From contig NC_092671.1 of NCBI RefSeq assembly GCF_964355755.1, forward strand, positions 35,288,304-35,352,303: 64,000 nt of DNA, read 5' to 3'. The position numbers and the translations under genes were made by a program. The DNA comes from Antedon mediterranea (lineage: Eukaryota > Animalia > Echinodermata). Shown here piece by piece: positions 14,303-28,026 of the stretch; the first letter of the stretch is position 1; the number at the start of each line of letters is the position of its first letter. The notes under the pieces were generated by a model. It made no database searches. It was given only the letters and a program-made list of their open reading frames with translations, and was not told where the DNA came from.

Positions 14303-14844
14303 TGGCCTAGCTAGGCATAGAGATTAGAATGAAGGAAATGATTTTGCTTGAATTTGTTTTGTGTCAAATGGGATGGTTGCAAAAAAGAAGCCTTCTTGCC
14401 AAAAATAAGTATAGGCTATTTACAACCAAAAGTTGAAGATGTTTAGTTTTTTTTATTAATAAGGACCATGACTCTAGCTAGGCCTAGGCCTAGAGTATTG
14501 CCAAAATAAGTAAACAGACGATCGGGACTGGTCAACGCCTAAAGACTATGGACCTATAAATTAGTCCATGCTAGCTATTGCTGAGACAAGCGAAGCGCGA
14601 AATTCAAGTTGTCGTGGAATACACGCTTATTAATATTAGTAAGATATATGAGAGTACATTTTTCATTATATTGGAGAATAAGTTGTGGATTATTGTTTAA
14701 AAAAATAACTCAAAAATCCAGCTTACGTACGTGCTACCAAGTACTATGGCTAAGTAGATTTCCTTCCTTTCACCACCAACCAGCAGACGTGTGGGAGAGA
14801 GCTGAGAGAACTGTGTGAGCCACTCGTCGGCATGTGGTTCGTTA

Positions 14845-14909
14845 TGACGTCATACGCGAGTAAAAAGGTTAAAGACCGAATTCAAAAACAAGATAGGGGA
14901 AATCCCCTA
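14845..14909. promoter_or_regulatory. Candidate NELL promoter: palindromic CRE and kappaB-like site
   Basis: TGACGTCA at 14845-14852 and TAGGGGAAATCCCCTA at 14894-14909 (contains GGGAAATCCC), just upstream of the putative first exon in a CpG-richer patch. Confidence 0.4.
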
Positions 14910-15969
14910 AATGGAAGATTCCATAGTGAGTTTCTTAATTTTCGCGCTCTTCGATAAAAATTGTTCCCCTCGTGACCTGCCGTCATAATTTAAACGCCTG
15001 TGATTGGTCAATACCCAACAAACGAGTCGTCCCGTCGGGTGAAAATTAAACATGTTTAATATGCTCACGACGACCTAAAACAACCCCCGACGCTATCTCA
15101 CGATAGATTCAACTCAGACAGCACGGACGAGTCAAGTCCAGACAAGACACAATAGTAGGGGCCCGAGGCCGGCTTTATGGGTAAGTGTAAACACATTGCG
15201 GGCTAAAAAGAAAGCCGGCGTCGGGGCGACTTCGGGCCGGCTAAGAAATCGTCGATGAAGTGTAAATGGGGTCAAAGTAGAACTAGGAAGCCTCTATTGT
15301 TGTAAATCATCGCAATCATTATGTATAATTCAAATATTTAATGATAACTCTATACTGTAATTCAGTGGCGTAACAGGCGGGGGAAGAGGGCGGAATACCC
15401 CCTGGCAGATTTTACCGGGTTGAGAAGCGTTCGATCGGGCTGGGTAACAAGTCAAAAAAATAAAATAAAATACAAAGAAGGGATAGAAGAAAGAAAAAGA
15501 AAGAAAATATAAGATAAGAATAAAATATACGATATATGATATGGCTTCAAATGAGTCACAGTGCAGTACTGTATGATATTCAAGTAAGATGATATGAAAT
15601 ACACAAAATCCTGACTGACAACTCGTGGGAAGACGCACTGCTTATCAGTACATTAAAATGCGGTCAGTTGACTGTGGTTTTTGGCGTCTTTTATCTAAGC
15701 CGCCATCGCGGGCATCTCATACACAATTGTGACGCTGTGCTGTGCGTGTGAGGCCACCTTAAAAAAATACACTCCTACTAATCGTATGTAACGCGCTAGC
15801 GATCAGCAAAACGAACGTACTTTCGTGGCTGGCTGTCGCTCCAATACTCAATCTTTCACAGGCCCGTAACCAGGTGGGATCGGGGGATCGTACCCCCCGC
15901 TGAACAGCGAGTTCCGCTTGTCCTCCCACTTTTTTTTTGCTGGGCACTACAGGCCTAGTCAAGCCTTAA

Positions 15970-17220
15970 TCTATATATAAATTTACGTAAGGGCAAAATT
16001 AGATAAATCGCGGTTTATTTCTGGAATTTTTACTCGATGGTATATAAAGTTGGTTCGTACTTTCGGTACTGATTTTAACCATCTGATGTAACCATGTTTA
16101 CTAATTAAATTGAGTTAGATAATTAGTTATTGACAATTAAAACGAATTTAGGTTCAACGATTTGCCCCAAATAGGGGTGTTTCGTGGTCGTGGTATGCAC
16201 TGTCTAATGGATGTCCAACTTGAAAAATACCCGCAGACAATAATGCGAGGATGCTTCGCATTTTCCTATCTCCTCCTACGATAATTGTTTTTAATAGCTG
16301 AAAACCGGTTGAACAGCTCGAGTACAGCATCATAATGTTGAAGACAGGCCGATTTTCTTTAAAAAATACTATTTTGATAGATTAAATATACGATTATACA
16401 AATGTATTGATTTGCGATGAATGGAACATCCCAATCTCTCAGTCTGCCAGAGACAAGTAGGTAAATTTATGAGCCCTTGGTTTAACACATAATAAATGGT
16501 AGGTAAATATATGGGTCCTTTGAGAATAAACTTGCAATACTTTGACAATACTGTAAATACCTATTAACTATTTTTGGTCCACATTTGAATCGAGCATTTC
16601 TTACTGTGAATGTTCGTACTGTTAGATGTAATATAAAATATATACAAATAAACTTTATTACTGAGATTGTGGATAGGCTCTACTGTTAGATATACAAATA
16701 AACTTTATACTGACAGTTCCTTCTCAACGTTTGTATTAATTAATAATTACCAAAAATATAAACGTCGTAGTGATGTATCGTGACATGTACTTTAATATTT
16801 CAATCGATTGTGACAGTTTTAACAAAGTATTAAATCGCAAATGTTTTACTGTATTTAGAGGTATATTATTTATAGGCCTATAAAACATGAAAAAAAATAT
16901 ATTTAAAAATTGTTCCTCTTTGTACCTATCCGCTTTCCCATCCCTCAACCCTAATGTTACATACAAAACACAAATTCAAAAATTTGGACTCATTTTGTGG
17001 TAAGTTTCTCCTTCGGAAGTAATTCCCAGGGTGCTAATTTTAGTTGACTACATCAATCATCGTGTCTATTTATTCGTTTCTGTAAACGACAATGTATTAT
17101 AGTCCTGCGGTACGTACATTTGAAATCGCCAGTTTTGTTACGCTGAAATTATTGTGTATACGAGAACCATCTGTGGGCACGACCTAGATGGTACGCTCGC
17201 TTCGCTCGCGTACCATCTAG
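15970..17220 (+). mobile_element. Non-autonomous Helitron
   Basis: A|TC start; 3' hairpin CTAGATGGTACGC-TCGCTTCGCTC-GCGTACCATCTAG ending CTAG|T; AT target and no TSD. Confidence 0.8.
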
Positions 17221-17626
17221 TAAATTTAATTAATATAAATCGACATAAGAATATAAAGTATATTTTAACTAAAATATAAAAACCTAACACTAAATTTACA
17301 AGATAAATTCTATTTGATAATTGCTGAACATCGTGGTCATCGTGGTTCTGGAGCTCGCCGTACACAGAGCATAGTTGTTTGCTGGACATAAAAGGGTATT
17401 CCCCTACACAGGTCGTGGCGTGCGTGTGACGTGCCCAGCCAGCTGCTTGATAGTATAGAGAGAAAGCATGCAGCTCACGCAAGTGCAAGATGCAATGGGT
17501 GAGTGAATTCAGGGATCATCTTAATTCCATGGTTTGTTACCTAAACACCGCATGATGGTGAATATGCCTGTTAAAGTCTCAATGATACGATCCCTTAATG
17601 TACCATGTTGTTGCTAGGAGGCTTAA

Positions 17627-18220
17627 AGCTCAGGTACAGGCATGAATTTTAAATATAATATTTGGTTAATTGTACATAAATCAAATATTTGTAACAGAAA
17701 TCAAGACGAAAAAACATAAATTTTCCTTAATATGGTCAAATACAAAATTTTGCAAAATTCTTCCATAAAAACCAGGAAGACTTTTTTTCAGTAGTTAGGT
17801 AGTAAACCTAATGTAATAACATGTCTGGTGACTCCCTAGAAGGTGAAAAAAGATGGTGGATATACAGTGGATAATTTTTGCTATAGCATGAAAATAAAAA
17901 TCTGAAGTTGAATAAAAATACCAGAAATGTAATATTCAAGTTATATTACCTATATTTAGTCATCTGACAACATTTTTTACCACACTGTTTATTTTTCATA
18001 GCTTTTTAAAATTCCTCTCTATTTACAAAATTTGTGTACAAAAGAATAGAGATTTTACTGTGTAATTTAAACTATCCCCCCACTGATAAGAAAGTGCTTA
18101 TTTTCAACAAGCTTGTGTAACACAAATTAAATGCCAAAAATTATGAAACATATGGGAAACTATAGATCGATAATTATTGGAATGTATGATCAATAGAAAT
18201 TTTTTTCCCGCACCTGGCCT
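17627..18220. mobile_element. Kolobok-like MITE (TTAA TSD)
   Basis: TTAA|AGCTCAGGTACAGG ... CCCGCACCTGGCCT|TTAA. A related end fragment lies at about 48561. Confidence 0.65.
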
Positions 18221-19106
18221 TTAAAGGGAGGAGGGATCTAGCTAGTTTCGGTCGGCAAGAGAATGCCGTCCTCTGACAATTTAAGGTCGGCAATAAGGTC
18301 GGCAATTGAAATTCGTTGGCTGGAAATTACACCAAATTATATAGTTCATAAACAAAAGAGATTAGCCGGAAATGCGATTTGCGGCCATACATAGGCCTAT
18401 AGAGAGAAAAAAAAAATTGAGGGTATGGTTCCACTAAACAACTTAACGATCCACCCCGCCGTCAAACCTGGTTACGGCCGGCCCTGTTTCAGTCTTCTAA
18501 CCGGAAAAATTACTACCTTTGCCAGGTGCGGATCCAATGTTAGATTGGGTTTTCACGTGTTCAAATGTTATGTCACCTGTGTTTTTAACGGTGGAAAATG
18601 TACGATCATTTTGCTGATTGCTGTGCAATAAATGGGAGTGTTATTTCCAGGCCAACTACTACTAGTTGGAGGCGCCATTTATCATGAATTTTATGTGTGA
18701 GAGTACCATTTCCGACGATCTAGGGGTGTCATTTACCAAAATTCCCCGGGGGGGGGGGGTGCTGTGGCTCAAGTACTTGGTGTCTGGAAGGATCAGCCCC
18801 TCTTTCCCCCCCCCCCCTTCCCCCCTGACAAGACCCCTTGTTACGCGGCTGCTGTAATTTGGGGTTTGATTTTTAATCGTTTTAACAGTATTTTAACATT
18901 GGCCTATTAACCATATTTTAACATTGGCCTATTAACCATATTTTATCATTGGCCTATTAACCGTATTTTATCATAGGCCTATAGCTGTTTTGTAATTTGT
19001 AGTTGTATTGTTTTTAATGATGTCTTAATTATGCCAAGCAAAAACAAACTTCCATTTTAAGTGGACCAATAACCTTTCTTGAAATTATAAATTCTTTTAT
19101 TTGCAG

Positions 19107-22000
19107 AAATCAAAACCAAAGTTATTGTATGGTGCTGAGGAAAGTTTGCAACATAAATATTGTTACAACTGTGGTAAAGAAGGCCACTTGGGTTATGTAT
19201 GTTTTATATTTATCTACTTGTTTAATTTTTTTAAAGGCACTTTTATCTACTGGAAAACTACTGTATGTTTTTGAAACAGTGACATGCTTCTAGAGAGATA
19301 TCTAGAGTAATTAACATAAAGTAAAGGAAAAATGATTTAACAAATGAAAATTACAAGAAAATTTCACTAAATTATGTACAAAGTATAAGTAACAAACGTC
19401 ATTTAAGGATTTAATAACAAAGAACTAGTGAAGCGTAGCAATTGCAGTAATTATTTGGAAGAAGATACAAGTATGGTTGAACCAAGAAAATACATTAATT
19501 TTTTATCTATTGTCCCATTAATAAATTGTTTCCAAACATCAACACAAGGCACTATCTACTTTTTTATTTTTTCACTATCCTACTTGTTCTATGGACACTT
19601 GGGTTATGTTCCATAAATTAAAAAATAATACAATGCACTACTTGTCAAATGTTCTCTCGTAGACAGTCTTAAACCTAACCTAACTTAGCTAGGCATAGAT
19701 TTGTAGGCCTAGCTGGTAATTTAGCTGGAGGCCTAGCCTGATGCATTCTGGTATTTATAGCGGGCCACTTAAATTAGATTCAACTGATTTTTCACATTTT
19801 TTACCACTTAAAGATGAACAAAATTATCGCAATAGGTCTATGGAGTATTTATTTTTATATAGAAGAATGTAGTTTGTGACCTTAAATTAGATCGAAAAAT
19901 GTAGGTAAAATAGCATTAAATGAGAGTACATTTAAGACATATAAAGTTTGATGAAATGTTGTGTTTTGCTGCAAGATGATATCGTCAAAACAAATAACAA
20001 ATCATTTAATTATGAATATTCTGATATCTTCAAAACAAATAACAAATCATTTAATTATGAATATTCTCTTATGTCTTTATAAATTAGTTATATTTCTATA
20101 TTTTACATTGATTTGAAAATCTATTTCAACCCACCTCTTTTTTCAATACAGTAACAGAAATTTGAATTTCTTACAGGAATGTGAAGATGATAGAATAGAC
20201 CGTTATGTAAAGGTGTACTATCCATTTGTTTGTAACTATAGCCACAGACGATTTTCATACATGAACTTCACAGAAGAGGACAGTGAGTCTAGTAAGCCAG
20301 GTTTAGTTTAAGCCGTTCACATTATTTAATTAAAAATTGTTAATTATATAATCTAGCTTACATGACTGACTGACTGGTTTTTTTTTTCAAAAGTGTCCTC
20401 AACCCCACAAATTGAATCTCTCTCGCCAGAAGGTGTTGATGTCGACAGAAAAAAGAAGACGAAAACAAAATTACTTAAAACTGTTAAAGAAACAAATGTA
20501 CCTTTTAAAAATTCTGCAAAGAAAAAAAAGATAGATGACAAAATTCTGAAGATCATTGATGAAAACGAAAATGATTTAGTGACAACGACCAATTTACACA
20601 TTACATCTTTGCGTGCTGGGAAGAAAAGAAAAATAGAATGTGAAAATGAGAAAGAATTTCATAAGAAAGACAATAAAAAGAAGAAAACAGAAATTGGTTT
20701 ACAAGTAACCATTTCAAAATCAAAAAAGAAAAGAAATGTTCAATGTCAAGATAATGAGAAAATAAACGAAACAACGAATATCGAAACAAAACATGATAAA
20801 AAGAAGAAAAAGAAACGCAAAAAATTGAAGAACTCACAGGACGTTTCTAAAGATCTAGAAATTCAAGAAAGTAGTAGTAGTATAAAAGGAAATAGTAAAA
20901 CACAAATAGTTGCTGACAATACACAAACAAAAACCAAACAGAAGGAAAAAAAGGATGATTCGAATATTATTGATGATGCCTCTGAAAATAAAAATGCCAT
21001 GACTACAAATGTGGCATCTTGTGAAGATGAAGAAGTCATTATTCTTAAAACGGTAAAAAAAAAGAATAAAATCCTAAATGAAGATGATGTGATTGTTCTA
21101 AGTAGTGACCCAGAAGTGACCAAAGATGAAGTAATTGTCATCAGTAGTGAGGATGACACAAGACAGAAAAGCTGTTCAGTCTAGTAAAAAAAAAAAAAAT
21201 CGTAATGTTATTTTATTATATGATCATGAAAACGGCACTGACAACAGATTTTAAGAAAATGACACAACAAGAACTCCTTTTGCTTTAGTTTGGGGGCTTC
21301 CTGAAACGGTTAAAAATACTGTTAAACCCCTCACGAATAAAATGAAACGGATGTTTGGAAGAAATATGAAAAAAAAATGACATTATGTTACAGGAGGGGA
21401 AAAGGAAGAAGAAAAGAAAAAATAGGCCAAAATCAGCTTACGATGGCAATCAATTTATATGTAATGAACCTGGGTCGGCTCCTGCAGCGCCTAGAAGAAG
21501 GCGAAAGAGGAAAATTGCATCAACATTCAGAAAGTTTGGTATGTTTTGTATGTGTTTTTGTCATTTTAGTTTGCTGTTAGGAAGATGATGTTGAAATGAT
21601 ACTGATACCAACCACAGGTATTAATTAATTCTCGTCCTGACAAACTGTAATTAAAAATTCATCTGCGCCAGAATAAATTGAGAGCTTTCGATTTGCAGTG
21701 ACCTTATTTCATGTTCAGTTTTTGAGTTGTCGCTTGACCCAATTTTGTTGACTCTAAGTCCATGTGGATTCTGATAATTGCATGTTTATGCATTTGTACA
21801 GTCGTTTGTAAAAATCAAGTGACAAAATAATGTGTTGAAATGCATAATTCACAAATTAAGATCTCCCTAATATTTCAACAACAACTTATCCACAGTAATC
21901 ATTTGAATCTATAACTTATTTGATTTAATTTTTCTTCTATGTAGGAAAGAGGCTTGGTGCGAAGTCTGAAACAGCTAGTGTGTCTTATAAAATGGAATGA
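19107..22000 (+). pseudogene. ZCCHC7: ZCCHC7/Air1-2-like zinc-knuckle gene, 3' fragment, apparently disrupted
   Basis: Exons 19107-19196 (KSKPKLLYGAEESLQHKYCYNCGKEGHLGY) and 20177-20300 (ECEDDRIDRYVKVYYPFVCNY...) complete a CX2CX4HX4C knuckle followed by PF.C.Y, as in the last ZCCHC7 knuckle. Exon 20394-21538 is Lys-rich, with a stop at 21184 and further stops/frameshifts before the frame resumes at about 21385. Last exon 21945-22000 (GKRLGAKSETASVSYKME*). Splice phases are consistent. No upstream knuckle exons found. Confidence 0.6.
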
Positions 22001-25000
22001 ATGTGACATGCAGTAAACTGAACTGAAAATTGATAACCCTCCCCCCAAACCCAGAATATCCTATTATTTCTATTTCTATTTTTTTTTATGATCCTAGGTT
22101 TCCAACCAATTGTACCTGTATTGAATGAACACATGCAATATAAAATTACCTAGTAAAAAAACAATACTATTATTTACAACAAACAAAAACATTAAATGTT
22201 CCATAACAAGCAAAGTTTATAATTTATAGTCAATGATGAGTTGAACAGCTTTGCTTGATTATTTTGTTTACTATAAATTGATTTATTAATAATACTTAAA
22301 TGTTTGACTACACTAATAATTTGATAATAACTTACTATTACTGTATTGTTATGTCGATTTAAAAATAATCATACTTAATGTTTGACATACGTTTTTTTCC
22401 TAATGTCTGTACAACATTTGGTAATAAATATTTATAGCATACATTTAGACAACCAAACAATCCTTATCTATACTGATTATTATAGATAATCTATACAGAT
22501 TATCGTTTTTGGAAAGCTCATCCCATTCCATTATTTTCATTTTTCAGTATTTATGTCTGAAAGCTGGAATGAAATATATTTCTGTTAAAGGTTGGTTCCC
22601 ACTTGAATACCATGATTAGACTCAGTGGGTTTACCAACAAGCAACAGTTAGATGATTTGTCAGGTCCAAGTTGTGAGAACCAAGCTTAATACACATTATT
22701 GTTATTATTTCAGATTATGTCAATAAAACCAATTATATAACACAACAATGGTACAGAAAGGTGTACTACTCTTATTAGCCTAGTACTTGTTCACAAATTA
22801 TTATTTATTAATCATGTTATCTATTGTTAAGAAATGAAATTAAACATATGTCAAAAGTACTGCTTGAGAAATGTGTTATAAAAAAAGGTAAAATGATAAA
22901 TAAATAAATAATTAATGATGCATTATGTCTAAAATGAAGTAGGCCTACGTCCTTTATAATTTTTATTTTGGTAAAAATTAGTTTCATTTATCAATATGCA
23001 ATTATGGAAGGTAGTAACTTTAGTTTAAAAACTTGATTTTGGCTAGTTTAGACCAATTGTCGAACCTTAGAAAACTAAATGTAAAAATCATGGAAAAAAA
23101 ATGTTTTTCTTTAAATTGTTGTTGAATATGCCATTTTTATGTTCCATAAAATCTTCCAAAAATTGGATGGAAAAAAAAAATATTTACCTGAAAATAAGTC
23201 AAGGGATTGTTGGTTGAATTTAACAGTTTATTTTGTCTTTTAAAAGTTTTTTCTTTTTCTGCGGAAGTGATTAACTTATTAAAACTACAAAATAGCATAT
23301 TCAAAATCTGATTTCATTAATCTTCAGTTTTTATATTGGGGAATCTTTAACTTTGTAATCTCTGTGAATCAAATAAAGTTTCCTACTGGGGATTTTTTTC
23401 GAACTTGTTTTCCGAAGTTTGTGAACTGTGTTTTTTGCGACCAGTGTAGACTAGACAACTTCTCTAAACGTTTGGTAGTGGACGTAGGCCTACTCTGGGC
23501 CGGGTTGAGTTTGGCAAGAAAAGTTTACTAGCGTGTATTTCCGAGGACTACCACTCTTTGTAAGGACGATAACGTAAATGTCATACTATTATTGGTGATA
23601 TGTAGGATACATGTTTGCTTTGGTAAAGGATTATCTTTTTTGTAAGGGTACATTCTGTGGACAAGTGCATTATTGCGATTTTATGTTTTAAGCATAGCTG
23701 AGTGACGTCTAGCATTTCGGTTACCATTTCAAGGGACAAATCGGAAATTACTTTAAAATATAATACAATATGTATGAAATTAAATAATACTAAACTTAAA
23801 CAATATTATTTTAATTTAAACTATATATTATACCAGGGAAGAGTGAAATTACAATGTAATTTACCACTTCCCTCATTCTCCGAAATCTTTATGAAATATT
23901 TATGTAGCTCGTAATTGGCTCTACTCCACCCTCAAGCGTTAATCCTAAATTGGTTCAAAATTTAAAAAAGAATACCACAAAGATTAAGGAATATTATGTG
24001 CATTGACAACGTAGTATGCGACAACTTATCGCATTCTATTGGCCTTCAAGCCATCATAAATCATAAATAAATTAAAATTAAAATACTGTACAAAACTTGG
24101 AAAATAATGTGAACTCGGCGAATCTTTGTAGTTTTGCTAGTGTATACGTCTTCACCCGTTTTCTGCAGTTAGCCGAATTTTGTAAACTGTTCTGCATCAG
24201 AAAACATTTCTTGACAAACTTATTATAATTTTTGTTCGAGTTTGCCAACAAACGTTTGCCAATTTAGACTGAGCAACTTCTTCAAACAGTGGCAAACAAA
24301 CGTTTGGTAATTTGTGGAGAAATAAGTTTTCCATGGTAAAAAAGTAACTCGGACCAGTGATTTTGTTGAAGTAATGAGATATATGCATAGGCCTAAAAGT
24401 AAAATATAATATTCCTCCATTCATCTTCTTTCATACCCAAATGAATTTAAGATCAATGTCACTACTTTCCTGAATTTGGATATTTAAAGTTAGTCTATAA
24501 TAATAATAATAGAAACGATGATTTTTAAACGAGCAAAAATAACAGCACTTTGACTTCAAACTAGGCCTAATTATAGCCTAATCTACACTACAATTTCTGT
24601 AGATCATAATGGCAGCACAATTTGCTTACCCATTTGCGGTCGTTATAAACGGACAAATTATTTTGTGGCTATACGTTTTGTCCGTATAATTCAATCAGGG
24701 AATGTTCTGATATTTAATTTGAATAACTGCCCCCAACCAATCATAAATTGTTTTCTCAGAGAGAAAAGATAGAAGATAGGAAGCAATGAAATGAGGAAGA
24801 GATGGTTCTTGAGCAAAAGTTTGAAGGAAGAGTAAAGCTCTGTCTACACTATCAAACTTCATGTGACAAAAAATGTGTTGTGCTAAAAGATGGTAGTGAT
24901 CATAATTATATCTCCATCATGTCCATATATGGGCAAATCATATTTTGATTGTTTTTACATCAATATAATAATCATCCAACAATCTAACATTCGCATCGCA

Positions 25001-25863
25001 TTTTCAATCTCCGACAAAAACAAATAAAAACTACATAAATAGATTTTATCAATTTATTCTTCTGATTTGTAAAAATATTAAATTTACATGGATAAAAAAA
25101 AATAAAGAGTACAAATGTAATATTTATTCCACATCATTGGAATATTTTCCCCAACCTATTACATCAACAACCTTTTCCTAAATTTATTAAATTAACTCGG
25201 CAACAATTTCAGTTTTTCTAAATCAGTTAATATCCTACATATAAAGAATGCTTATGAGTAAAATTGGGGGTTTATGAGACTGTTTTATTCATTGAGGCAA
25301 AGCTGAGTTGAATCATGGAGTAAAGGTTGAATAGTACAGTAATATTCCACTTACTAACAAATATAAAACATTCAGTATTTGTTTATAACAAATATGATAA
25401 GCAATATTTTATCCAATTAATCTAATGTCAAAGGTCATGCGATTAATAAAGCCACTGCAGAGTAGAGCAATTATCGACGACGCATATTACAGGTTGGTTT
25501 TGCAATTCACCAGCCCATCAAATTGCACATTCTCAAAAGCTGACCATACAATATTACATGAAATGGGTCAAAATAATGCATGACATGTGACACAAAATCA
25601 ACCAATCAAATGACAAGAACACACATAATTGTGTTATACAAATATTGCAAGAAAAATGTTGACAATTATTGAAGTACTTTCTCGAGAAATAATTATATAA
25701 TTATATATTCTAAATACATATATTTAAATCAATAAACTGTGTAGTATTTATTAATCTAGTATATTAATATACACATTATAACTATAGAGGCGGGATTATT
25801 TTAAGTAAATTTTCTTTTGGATGATCCAAAGTCGAATAAAATTCGTAAACTTACGTTTTTTTT

Positions 25864-25905
25864 ACTCTAGCTTTCGCTGGTCAACGACGCAGCTTAATCA
25901 TGAGT
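25864..25905 (-). ncRNA. Degenerate minimal type-I hammerhead ribozyme motif (Penelope-like remnant)
   Basis: Minus strand ACTC-ATGATTA-AGCTG..CAGC-GAAA-GCTA-GAGT. Stems I and II and GAAA are intact; the CUGANGA core is mutated. Confidence 0.4.
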
Positions 25906-28026
25906 GAGTCTCTGTGACTTGGACTTGTTACCATTAGATCTCGTATATTACTTAAAATACTATACAGTGATCCAGATGAACCTTTTTACTAAAGAGGCGG
26001 GATTAGTGTGTACTTCAGTATACAAATTTTGCACAAATTAGGGGACAGGAAAGCACAGTATTGTGTGTCCTTATTTAAACCAGGGAGTTGACAACTCCCT
26101 GTTTAAACTATAGAGGCGGGATTAGTGTGTACTTGAGTGTGATTACTTTATACTCAGCCATTAAAGGTAATAGTGAGGATTGACAGAGTTCAAAATGGTG
26201 CTGTAGGTACAACAAACATATGTTCGTCATAATTGTGATAACAAAAATGACATGATAATTCTTATGAATTGATTAAAATAAAAATGTCAATGTCATTGTC
26301 ACAGGAAATAATGATATCTATATAATGATTGATTAAATACAAATAGCCAAAAATACTGTAATACTGTAGTAATTCACTACATAAAAACGGCTAAAACAAA
26401 TGATAAAAATAGCATGTACAATATTGAATAGAATATGCCACTCTTCCCGATGCCACCAAAGGAAGTGAGATTAGGAAAGCCTTAACCTCAGGAAATATTA
26501 ATCCAAGGTTTAACACCAATACTTTAATATTAATCTACATTAATCTCCACTAATCTATCTTAATCTCCATTAATCTAATTACAGTAGGTTATGTACAAAT
26601 TTAAAATTAAATGTCCTATATAAAAAGTCAAGTATATCCACATAGTACCATTATGAATAATTTTGCACAACTTAATTTCAAATATTGATATTACAATTAT
26701 GTTAATATATGACATTAACAATCTACAGTAAACAAATAAAACAATAATAATTAAACAAATATTACTAAATTAGCTACTAAGTCTAAAATAAATTGTTCTG
26801 TTGCCGAAATTGAAAAACAGGGTCAATCGGTTTTGATATTTTTTTAGTCTTCTTAAACACTAATACCATTGGGCCAAAAAAATTAAGGGAAAATTCACTC
26901 TTGCAATGCATGCAAAAAAAATCAAATTTTTATCCTTTTTTACTTTATAACTTATATTTTAATTAGAAAATAATCATATAAAATATACTATGAATTACAT
27001 TACTAATGAGATAATAATTATAGTTTATACATATAAACACTTATAAAAAATTAAATATTACTGTATATGTGTTATTACTCGTACATAGAAGTTTTTATTA
27101 TCAAATCAATAAAAATATTATTATACCATTACCATAAATTAGTGTATATTAAATTGAATTAATGTATTTTTGCATTTTTAGTAAATATCGTAATACCATT
27201 TAATACATTTCATCAGAGCCAGAGAATTAAAAATGTGGTATTTAATTGGAGTTTTATATTTGTGCAATGAAACAATATTTTTTATTAAAATTTAAGATCC
27301 ACCAATAAAAAAAAAATTCTTTAAATACGTTGAATCAAATTATACATTATGTAGCAATAACAATTAGTATTTTTAAATACTATTAAATATTGAAGTATTC
27401 AAATATTCAATGTCAAGGTGAAATAAATATATAATATAGTTCTATTAATTATAATTACTGAATTTATGATCTTTATAATTTCTTATATTATTATCAACAG
27501 AAGTTCCACTGAAAAATACCAGAAAATTTGTAAGTAAGTGTAACACATTTTGAGAATTCTAATATTTGAAAATTCTAAATTGAATTTTGTCTTTTTATTT
27601 GGAGTCACTCTCGTGATCTTATAATCTTCATCAGTGGTAACCTTCTTTTATATTTAATAAACAAAATCGAGTACAATTTTTTCATGCTGACTGTACAGTA
27701 CACCCAGAAAAGATATAATGTGAATGCTTGTGACAAGAACAAAATTGACAAAAATTGGGTCCGACGACTTTGCAAAAAATGTTAAATCACCATATATGCG
27801 AATAGTGCCTCCAGTATTCGCCGAAAGTATTTTTTAACGGTTTATTTTCGTATTATTCTATTTCTGTAGAACCATTTTGCTACGAGGCCGCCTTTAAAAA
27901 ATCACGATTTTATAAAATAAACCAAATACATTAATATAAAGATATCTTTACAACTTTAAGAAAGCAAAATGGAAAATAAAGATAGTTTAGAAATATTGAA
28001 AGACAAAACAGTACACTGGAAAAGGG

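Larger units (their letters stand above)
9086..14830 (-). other. Putative 5'UTR exons of the NELL-like gene (about 14830-14727, 12338-12113, 9347-9086)
   Basis: Minus-strand donors C|GTAAGC (14726) and AG|GTAAAT (12112); acceptors CTTTTCAG (12339) and TTTGCAG (9348). No transcript evidence. Confidence 0.45.
15363..18851. mobile_element. hAT-type non-autonomous element with nested insertions
   Basis: TIRs CAGTGGCGTAACAGG / CCTTGTTACGCGGCTG; exact 8-bp TSD CTGTAATT (15355-15362 and 18852-18859). Confidence 0.85.

Noticed and set aside
20353-21159. Minus-strand hydrophobic ORFs
   Set aside because: Antisense shadows of the Lys/Glu-rich ZCCHC7-like exon.
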